Source: a virus. From it: a stretch of DNA of 64,000 nt. Both the position numbers and the translations under genes were made by a program. The stretch spans positions 32,001-96,000 of the IMG/VR virus record IMGVR_UViG_3300036399_001951; one strand, written 5' to 3'. Positions 54,040-61,707 of this stretch are shown piece after piece (the stretch's first letter is position 1; every line of letters begins with the position of its first letter). The notes beneath the pieces were generated by a model. That model was not told the DNA's origin, did no database searches, and saw nothing but the letters and a program-made list of their open reading frames with translations.

Positions 54040-56442
54040 ATGAATTTTAATTTATATTTAAATAGATTATATGAAGTGGCACCGGCTTCTCCAGAATCTT
54101 ATGGAACAAATATTGGAATCACTGATAAATCTGATAGTTCATATAGAAACAGTCTTGAACAGCCGAAATCAGGCCCGATTGGAAATTTAGTAAATTCTGC
54201 ATGGGCAAATCTGAATGTCCCGACTAGAAGCATTCCAGACACCAGTAATGGTAACATGGGATGTGCTGCCGCTACTTCAATAATCTTTTATAGAGCAACA
54301 GGTTTACCTATTATTCCAGGTAAAAAGATAGTATTGGGTACCAGTACTCTATGGTCTTCCTTTACTAGCCGACCTAATGAATGGCAAAAAATATCTAATT
54401 GGCAAACTGATTGGCAGCCTGGAGATATAATCTTGACATCTAAGGGAAGTAAAGCTGGTCATGTTGGTGTAATAGTCGATGGTGGAAAGATAATATCTAA
54501 TTCATCAGGAGGATTTAACGGAGATAAGAAAGGACAAATTGAACAGAATTATTCAAGCGTCACATCTTGGCAATCAATTGCTAAGAGAAATCCAAAACAA
54601 ACTGCATGTTTTAGATATATTGGAAAATGGAGAGAATCATGGGGAGGTCCTATATATGATAAACCTCAGGATCCAAGTAGACCAGGTGAAATGGAAATGA
54701 AGCATATTGTTGGTGGAAACTCATTTGTAATGGGACCGGGTCCAGATCAACATGCAGGGTATGAAGGATGGATGAATCAAAACGCATGGGATATAATGGC
54801 CCCTGTTGGAACTCCAATATGCTCTGTGTTTTCTGGTAAAATAAATAAAGTTACTCTCTTAAGTGATAGCGAAAATACTTTTGGCTGGAGTGTCTTAATT
54901 TTATCTGATGATAATAAATATCAAGCATTTTATGCTAACTTTGGAGAAGTAATGCCTGAGATTAAAGAAGGATCAACTATTAAAGTTGGAGATATAATAG
55001 GATATATAGGAAAACCTAAGAGCAATCCTGATTGGAGAACTCACTCGCATATATCAATAGGTCCAGATTCTGGATCGAATCTAAAGAATTTTATAGATAA
55101 TTCTGGAAATATTAAAGGAACTGGAGATGTTCCAGTTAGAACAATAATCCCGGTTAAATCAACTCTAAGCGAGCTTGAATTAATAAAAGCTGAGGATTTT
55201 GTCGGAGATCGACTAATCTTAAAAATGGGATCTACTGGAGAAAAGGTAAGGGATCTACAGTACACACTAAAAACCAAGTATGGTTATCCTCTTCCTCAAA
55301 GTGGAATAGACGGAGAATTCGGACCCGAAACCAGAGCTGCAATTAGAGATTTTCAAAGAAAGAGAGGATTATTAATAGATGGAGAAGTTGGAGAGGAAAC
55401 CGCATATGCTCTAGCCAATAATACTCCGATTGATTTAGATAGAAAATCTAGTAAATGGTTAGATCAAACTAAATTTAAAATCTACGACAGTAAACATCGA
55501 AAGATTTTAATTGCTAAATTGGAATCAAAGACATATATCAAAATTAAAAATAGATATGGAACTGAGATAGGAGACGCTCGACTTGAATCCGGTAGAATTT
55601 CAATAAATTATCGAGTTAAAGGAGATAATATAAATCTAGACGGATCTGATCCAAAAGACTCTGTTTATAAGGGAATATATAACATATTTAATAGAATATC
55701 AGGTGGAATAATATCAGAGATACCTACAAATACTGAAAAAGAAATAATTACTCCTGAAACAGAGGAAGAAGACGTAGTTAGCGGAGATTTTAAAATATCG
55801 CATAGATATTCTGGAGTAAAAGCTACTAATATCCAGGCTTTAATAAATGAAATGAATCGCCAGGGGGTAAAAAATCCATATGCTCAAATTGCAATATTAG
55901 CGGTTATTGGCAAAGAATGTGGGTTTGTTCCAAAAAATGAAATTATGAGTTATTCAAAGGAAAGACTGCCTGAAGTATGGGGAGTTTTTTCAAAAACTGG
56001 AAAACGAGTAGAAAAAGGACAGGGTAAATATAACTGGAATGCTCTAGCTGCTCAGCATGAACGTCAACCTGAAAAATTAGCAAATTTTGTATATGGAGGT
56101 CAATTTCATAATAACAGAAGTGGTGACGGTTGGAAATATCGTGGTAGAGGATTTAATGGAATAACATTTAAATCTGGATACGAAAAATATTCTAGTATTA
56201 CTGGAATAGATCTTGTTAGTAATCCCGATAGATTGAATGATATTAATGTAGCATCAGAAGTAGCAGTAAAGTTTTTAATAAATGGAGTCAAATCTTTAGG
56301 AAAAGACCCTATGCAGTTTACAAATCAACAGGATGCAACGTATTATGCAACCAAAGCAAATGCAGGTGGACGCGAAATAAAATATGATGAAACCTATGCA
56401 AAGGCTAAAGAAGTAGAGAAAAACTTTTTAATCACAGCATAA
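54040..56442 (+). CDS. Multidomain peptidoglycan hydrolase (NlpC/CHAP-like + M23 + PG-binding + GH19)
   Basis: GCAAATS...PGDII...GHVGV; WDIMAPVGTPI...HSHI; IDGEFGPETRAAIRDFQ; GDGWKYRGRGF. Confidence 0.85.
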   Translation: MNFNLYLNRLYEVAPASPESYGTNIGITDKSDSSYRNSLEQPKSGPIGNLVNSAWANLNVPTRSIPDTSNGNMGCAAATSIIFYRATGLPIIPGKKIVLGTSTLWSSFTSRPNEWQKISNWQTDWQPGDIILTSKGSKAGHVGVIVDGGKIISNSSGGFNGDKKGQIEQNYSSVTSWQSIAKRNPKQTACFRYIGKWRESWGGPIYDKPQDPSRPGEMEMKHIVGGNSFVMGPGPDQHAGYEGWMNQNAWDIMAPVGTPICSVFSGKINKVTLLSDSENTFGWSVLILSDDNKYQAFYANFGEVMPEIKEGSTIKVGDIIGYIGKPKSNPDWRTHSHISIGPDSGSNLKNFIDNSGNIKGTGDVPVRTIIPVKSTLSELELIKAEDFVGDRLILKMGSTGEKVRDLQYTLKTKYGYPLPQSGIDGEFGPETRAAIRDFQRKRGLLIDGEVGEETAYALANNTPIDLDRKSSKWLDQTKFKIYDSKHRKILIAKLESKTYIKIKNRYGTEIGDARLESGRISINYRVKGDNINLDGSDPKDSVYKGIYNIFNRISGGIISEIPTNTEKEIITPETEEEDVVSGDFKISHRYSGVKATNIQALINEMNRQGVKNPYAQIAILAVIGKECGFVPKNEIMSYSKERLPEVWGVFSKTGKRVEKGQGKYNWNALAAQHERQPEKLANFVYGGQFHNNRSGDGWKYRGRGFNGITFKSGYEKYSSITGIDLVSNPDRLNDINVASEVAVKFLINGVKSLGKDPMQFTNQQDATYYATKANAGGREIKYDETYAKAKEVEKNFLITA

Positions 56443-56488
56443 AACCTAGTAATTCTACAGTTGTATAATAAATAAAAATTATATTATT

Positions 56489-57070
56489 ATGCAAACAATG
56501 GGAAACAATTTAAATCCGGAAACAATTTCAGAAGTAGTTGAGGAAACAGTAGAAGACACTGTAGAAAATACTCTTGAAGATTTAGTTGAGGAAACAGTAG
56601 AAGACACTGTAGAAAATACTCTTGAAGATTTAGTAGAGGAAAAAACTGAAGAATTAGTAGAAGAAGAGAACCTTTCTCCAGCTGATAAGTTAGCTAAGCT
56701 TCAGACTGAAAGAATGGGAAATTTTAACGTCACTCTGTCTTATGACGACGCTTCTTATCTTAAAAATCTCTTAGATAAAGTTGAATTTAAAGGACCTCAA
56801 CAGGCATATTTATTGATTATTTCAAAATTAGAAATGACTCAAATCTGTGAAACCATTAAAGGTCTACCGAAAGAGAGCCGACATAGTGTTGAAATCTCTG
56901 CTGCCGCAATTGAATCTATAAGCTTCTTCATTAATTCTAAAACCGGGAAAGGAATAGATTCTGCCCAAAGATTATTCTCTGCATCTATGCAATTAAGACC
57001 TGCTATTTCACATATCAATAGAATTGAAGATGAGATCGATGCTCTTAAAAAAGAGAACGGTATTTCTTAA
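56489..57070 (+). CDS. Hypothetical protein with acidic repeated N-terminus
   Basis: 193-aa ORF. Confidence 0.7.
   Translation: MQTMGNNLNPETISEVVEETVEDTVENTLEDLVEETVEDTVENTLEDLVEEKTEELVEEENLSPADKLAKLQTERMGNFNVTLSYDDASYLKNLLDKVEFKGPQQAYLLIISKLEMTQICETIKGLPKESRHSVEISAAAIESISFFINSKTGKGIDSAQRLFSASMQLRPAISHINRIEDEIDALKKENGIS
56535..56630 (+). repeat. Exact 48-bp tandem duplication (2 copies)
   Basis: tagttgaggaaacagtagaagacactgtagaaaatactcttgaagatt at 56535 and 56583. Confidence 0.95.
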
Positions 57071-57144
57071 ATAATTGTATTTTGATAATATTTTTTTTGA
57101 AATTTTCATTTATCTCATAGATAAATAATAAAAAACAAATTAAA

Positions 57145-57498
57145 ATGAAAGTTAAGAATTTTTCAGGATTCATGAGATCTAAGTTAAATGAATCAATGGG
57201 CGAGGAATACGATGAAATGGGAATGGGCATGTACGGTGCAAATCCTGAAGACGCTGATGAAGCTGACGAAGACGCTGATGCCTCTGACGAAGATGGAGCT
57301 GACGAAGAGCCACTTACTTTAGAAGATCTTAAAGCTATGATCGACGAACTTACTGAAAGAGTTGAAGCTCTTGAAGGAGGAGGAGACGAAGATGGAGCTG
57401 ACGAAGATGGAGCTGACGAAGAAGGATCTGACGAAGAAGATCCTGCTGCTAATGAATCTTGGAGATTTAATAAATCTAGAAGATACAAGAGATATTAA
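57145..57498 (+). CDS. Small acidic tagged protein, possible prohead core component
   Basis: MKVKNFSGFMRSKLNES, DEDGA repeats, own late motif and terminator. Confidence 0.65.
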   Translation: MKVKNFSGFMRSKLNESMGEEYDEMGMGMYGANPEDADEADEDADASDEDGADEEPLTLEDLKAMIDELTERVEALEGGGDEDGADEDGADEEGSDEEDPAANESWRFNKSRRYKRY

Positions 57499-57540
57499 TC
57501 TTAAGTATTCTAAAATAAATATTATCTAACTAGAAAGGTA

Positions 57541-57569
57541 AAAGGGCGAATTTATATTTGCCCTTTTTT
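57541..57569 (+). terminator. Rho-independent terminator
   Basis: AAAGGGCGAAT-ttat-ATTTGCCCTTTTTT; stem nearly identical to the one at 46139. Confidence 0.85.
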
Positions 57570-57586
57570 ATTTAAAATCTAATAAT

Positions 57587-58024
57587 ATGCAATATAATAA
57601 TTCAAATAGAATGATTCCTCTCTTTGAGAACTATTGTCGTCAAAATCAGATTGATGGTAAAATGATCACCGCGGACATTGATGGCAAATCGCTTAAATTA
57701 AAGGTGGCCTCTACTCCAGATAGTATGATGAAAGGATATTCAAATTCAGATGAGCCTAAAGAAGGGGAAGGAATGATCTTTATTTATCCAGAATCTGCTC
57801 CTCTCTATTTTTGGATGAAGGGAGTAGATTTTCCTCTTGATATTATATTCTTTGATTCTGCAATGAATATGGTTGAATATCTTACAATGGAGCCTTGTGG
57901 ATCTGCTAGGGAAGAGGATCTACCTAGATATCAATCATCTAAGCCTGCTAGATTTGCAGTCGAGGTGCCTGCAAACTGGTGTGAATCTAATAAAATAAGC
58001 AAGAATTGTAGGCTTAAATTTTAA
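57587..58024 (+). CDS. DUF192-family protein
   Basis: GMIFIYP...FWMKGVDFPLDIIFFD...ARFAVEVPA. Confidence 0.85.
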   Translation: MQYNNSNRMIPLFENYCRQNQIDGKMITADIDGKSLKLKVASTPDSMMKGYSNSDEPKEGEGMIFIYPESAPLYFWMKGVDFPLDIIFFDSAMNMVEYLTMEPCGSAREEDLPRYQSSKPARFAVEVPANWCESNKISKNCRLKF

Positions 58025-58068
58025 TACCCAGGTTTAATATAGCTAATATATTTTAGTATATTAAACCT

Positions 58069-59460
58069 ATGAAAATTAAAGAAATATTCGATGAAATAAG
58101 ATTAGAATCTGGAACTAATCTTAAAATGGAAATTCTTAAAGAGAATTCTAAAGCAAATCTTTTAAAAGAAGTTCTATATAATACTTATTCAAATAAGATT
58201 AAGTATCATATCAAGCAAATACCAGAATATTCTCCTAATTCCGGAGAGGAATTTATGGATCTATCGTCTGCCTTAATTATATTAAAATCAATCTCAGATC
58301 GTAAGGTAACTGGAAATGATGCGATCGAATGCTTAAGAGCAGTTTTACAATTGCTTCACCCAGACGATGCTCATGTAGTAGAAAGAATCATTGAGAAAGA
58401 TGCAAAAATTGGGATGGCCCGAACTAATATCAATAAAATATTTCCAGGTCTTATCGAAACAACTCCATACCAAGGAGCCCAATCCTTTAGCGAAAAACGA
58501 GCAAAAGATATATTAGCAGAGGGTCCAGCGTGGAGCCAGATTAAAATGGATGGAAGGTATTGTAATGCCATTATTCAAGAAGGATCTGTATTTTTAGAGA
58601 GTAGATCAGGCGAACCTACTAATATATTAGGAGCAACTATTATAGGGGAGCTTTCTAAATGGGATGACTGTGTTCTAAATGGAGAATTAACTATAGATGG
58701 AGTCGATCGAAATACTAGCAATGGTATTATAAATTCTATCATATCAATGAGCAATAAGATTCAACAAGGTGAAGATATAGATTCTGATATTGAAAACATT
58801 AAGGATCGCCATAGCATTTCATATGAAGATGCACTTGACCTAATTAGATTTACTATATGGGACCGAATTGAGATCGATGAATATTTTGAAGGAGAATCTA
58901 AGGTTCCGTATATGGATAGATTTAGTAAACTCAAAAATCGAATAGATATACACGAATGTTCTATGGTTGGATTAGTAGAGACTCAACTTGTTTTAACATA
59001 TGAAGAAGCTATGAACCACTTTATTTCTGTTTTAGGAAGGGGACTGGAGGGAACTATATTAAAATCAATTACTGCCCCTTGGAAAGATGGTAAGCCTAAA
59101 TGGCAAATTAAAATGAAGCTTGAAATAGATCTCGATATGAAAATAATCGGATTTAATTATGGTACACCAGGAACTAAGAACGAGAATGTCATATCATCAC
59201 TCACGGTGCAATCTTCTTGCGGTAAAGTAGTAACACGTCCAGGTGGAATAGATGAATCTACGATGACCTGGATCACTCAGAATCAACCAAAATTGATGGG
59301 AACCATAGTATCAATGAAATGTTGTGGACTATCTCACGATAATGAGGGAAATTACTCCACGCTACACCCGGTTTTTAAATCTTTGCGTGACGATAAGCAT
59401 GATGCCGATTCTCTAGATAAAATTCTAGAGATTGAAAAAATGGCAAAATTTCTTTCATAA
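58069..59460 (+). CDS. lig: ATP-dependent DNA ligase (T4 gp30-like)
   Basis: Motif I KMDGRY, VLNGEL, EGTILK, WQIKMK, C-terminal OB domain HPVF..LRDDK. Confidence 0.92.
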   Translation: MKIKEIFDEIRLESGTNLKMEILKENSKANLLKEVLYNTYSNKIKYHIKQIPEYSPNSGEEFMDLSSALIILKSISDRKVTGNDAIECLRAVLQLLHPDDAHVVERIIEKDAKIGMARTNINKIFPGLIETTPYQGAQSFSEKRAKDILAEGPAWSQIKMDGRYCNAIIQEGSVFLESRSGEPTNILGATIIGELSKWDDCVLNGELTIDGVDRNTSNGIINSIISMSNKIQQGEDIDSDIENIKDRHSISYEDALDLIRFTIWDRIEIDEYFEGESKVPYMDRFSKLKNRIDIHECSMVGLVETQLVLTYEEAMNHFISVLGRGLEGTILKSITAPWKDGKPKWQIKMKLEIDLDMKIIGFNYGTPGTKNENVISSLTVQSSCGKVVTRPGGIDESTMTWITQNQPKLMGTIVSMKCCGLSHDNEGNYSTLHPVFKSLRDDKHDADSLDKILEIEKMAKFLS

Positions 59461-59513
59461 GAAAACCCGTAAATTATTTAGCTGTATAAATAATCGTTTT
59501 AAATTATATAAAA

Positions 59514-59717
59514 ATGAGATACTATTTAGGAAAAATTCAATTTGAGACCATTGACGACAATAATGGCAGAACTAGAAAAACCAAAGAACAATATTTGGTA
59601 GAAGCATTTGATATTTCAGATGCCGAAAAAAAGCTAAAAGATATGTTTAAAGATAGCATGTCTGATGTTTCAGTAATCAGCGTAGCTGAATCCCCAATCA
59701 TGGGAATTGTTAGATAA
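59514..59717 (+). CDS. DUF4494-like protein
   Basis: KTKEQYLVEAFDISDAEKK...VISVAESPI. Confidence 0.65.
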   Translation: MRYYLGKIQFETIDDNNGRTRKTKEQYLVEAFDISDAEKKLKDMFKDSMSDVSVISVAESPIMGIVR

Positions 59718-59719
59718 CT

Positions 59720-59971
59720 ATGGACAGATTGCCGACTAAAGTTGCTGAGGATATTTACGACGTATTGGTAAAATATGCCGAAGTTGATTCTGATTACTAT
59801 CACAGAGAATTATTTGTCTATCACTTTGGATTAAAGAGAGGAATGAAATCATTCAATCTCCATTGCATGGATGGAAAAAACAGATGGTTTGTGAGAGAGC
59901 ATGAAGAATATAAATTAGTTGGAAAAGGAGAAAATAAAGTAAACTCCATTATAAGAGGAATGTTAAAGTGA
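59720..59971 (+). CDS. Hypothetical protein
   Basis: 83-aa ORF in the operon. Confidence 0.6.
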   Translation: MDRLPTKVAEDIYDVLVKYAEVDSDYYHRELFVYHFGLKRGMKSFNLHCMDGKNRWFVREHEEYKLVGKGENKVNSIIRGMLK

Positions 59972-60417
59972 TGCAGTCTCAATTTAGAGTTCCTTTAGAG
60001 AAAGACTCTTTTTTCTATCAGGATTTTTTCATGTTGATGTCTAATTCAATGCAGGAGCTTCTAATAGATTATCAAGAATGGCCTGATGAAATTCAATTTA
60101 TTGGCAAATTAGGGAAAGAATTAAAAGATATTATTGTAGATAAGGGATGGGATTTCTCAAAATTCAATATTAAATGTTTTAATTCTTCTCCCTTAAATAA
60201 AATAGTATTTAAATATTCTAAGCCATTAACTGTATCTGATTTCAAAACCGAGGATGGATCTATTCCTCACATTAACGCAGATAGTTTAAATCAAAAGATG
60301 ATTAATGGTATACCTGGCCCTGAAACTATGAATAAAATAATTTCCAATTCTATTGGCCGAGGATTCAATATTGAAAAAACTGTTCGACCGGAGTTAGAAA
60401 TACTCTTGATTCGATAG
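59968..60417 (+). CDS. Hypothetical protein
   Basis: 149-aa ORF overlapping the upstream stop. Confidence 0.6.
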   Translation: MMQSQFRVPLEKDSFFYQDFFMLMSNSMQELLIDYQEWPDEIQFIGKLGKELKDIIVDKGWDFSKFNIKCFNSSPLNKIVFKYSKPLTVSDFKTEDGSIPHINADSLNQKMINGIPGPETMNKIISNSIGRGFNIEKTVRPELEILLIR

Positions 60418-60476
60418 TTTAATAAAAAATATCTAATCTTATTGGAATAAATAATAAAAATAAATGATTTATTCTA

Positions 60477-61637
60477 ATGAAAAATTTTAGTTACCTTAGA
60501 GGATTTGATTCGTTTGCCGGTCGTTATAGATTAAACGAAATGGCAAGTAATCTAATGTCAATTCCTGAATTTAAGAAAAAGCCCGAATTGATGAGGTTTA
60601 TTCACACTCTTTCAAGTGAATTAGTTGCCAGAGGATCTGGTAAAGCTGGTTTAAGAAGAGGTGGTAAATTTAGAACTCAACAGCAGGATTCAAGCAGACC
60701 TGGTGGATATTATGGTGGAGACTGGCCGGAGCATCAAGATTTTAGATTATCCCATGACGTTATGATTAAAGGAGAGAAAACCGGAAAAGATAGAATATAT
60801 CAGTGGTTGGATAATTTGAATAAGCAAAAAGATACAGATCCTCATGCAATCCTAGTTAGTCCAGATTCAGTTGCACCTCAACTTTGGTATTTAACTAAGA
60901 AGACAGGAACCCTTAATCCAAAGGAAAGAATGGCAAGATTTGGAACAGAAGACAGATCTGCTGCCTGGAAAGAGGGTATTTCAGTTAAAGCTGGTTATTT
61001 CATGAGAGCTATTACGATTGATGCTGAGACAGGAGAACCTATTTCAACATGGACAGGTACCTTAGGTCAATTGATGGATCACGTATCTGAATATTCAGTT
61101 CTTTATATTTTAGAAGATGAAAGAAGAGCCGTTGAAAAGGCAGAAAAGAGAAGAAAAGAAGCTGAAATTAGCAAAGATAAATTCTTAGATTATTTTAAAG
61201 GAGAATATATAAACGTTCTTAATAAAGCATGGCAGAAAAAATCAGGAAATAGAGCATCTGAATTTGAACAAATGAAGAGCCAAATGTCTCCTGAGGATTT
61301 CGCTGACCCTGTAAAATTACAAGAATTAACGCAAAAGGCAAATGAAATAGGCGGCGGCGGATTTAATCCTAGTGATCTTTCAGTTTATTATGATAAGTGG
61401 TTAGAATATATGGCCGAAGCAGGCCATTATAAAGCATCAGAATATTTGCACGATAAGAAAGCAGATCTTGCCGATGTTCTTAAGAAACATACTATAATGG
61501 GAGCATGTAACAGATTTATGCAATATATCTTAACTGGAAAAGTAACCGGACCTCACTTAGATGTTCTAAAAGATTTAGGTATCGATACTGAAGGCATTGA
61601 TTCTGGAGATATTGATCTTTCAGATTTAGATATTTAA
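60477..61637 (+). CDS. Hypothetical tagged protein
   Basis: 386 aa; starts MKNFSYLRGFDSFAGRYRLNE; late motif at 60447. Confidence 0.7.
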   Translation: MKNFSYLRGFDSFAGRYRLNEMASNLMSIPEFKKKPELMRFIHTLSSELVARGSGKAGLRRGGKFRTQQQDSSRPGGYYGGDWPEHQDFRLSHDVMIKGEKTGKDRIYQWLDNLNKQKDTDPHAILVSPDSVAPQLWYLTKKTGTLNPKERMARFGTEDRSAAWKEGISVKAGYFMRAITIDAETGEPISTWTGTLGQLMDHVSEYSVLYILEDERRAVEKAEKRRKEAEISKDKFLDYFKGEYINVLNKAWQKKSGNRASEFEQMKSQMSPEDFADPVKLQELTQKANEIGGGGFNPSDLSVYYDKWLEYMAEAGHYKASEYLHDKKADLADVLKKHTIMGACNRFMQYILTGKVTGPHLDVLKDLGIDTEGIDSGDIDLSDLDI

Positions 61638-61656
61638 TCTAAAGTTATATAAAAAG

Positions 61657-61687
61657 AAAAGGAGAATTTTAAAATTCTCCTTTTTTT
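61657..61687. terminator. Bidirectional terminator between convergent genes
   Basis: AAAAGGAGAATTTT/AAAATTCTCCTTTT inverted repeat with A and T tracts. Confidence 0.85.
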
Positions 61688-61707
61688 ATGTCATTTAAAA
61701 TTTAGAT

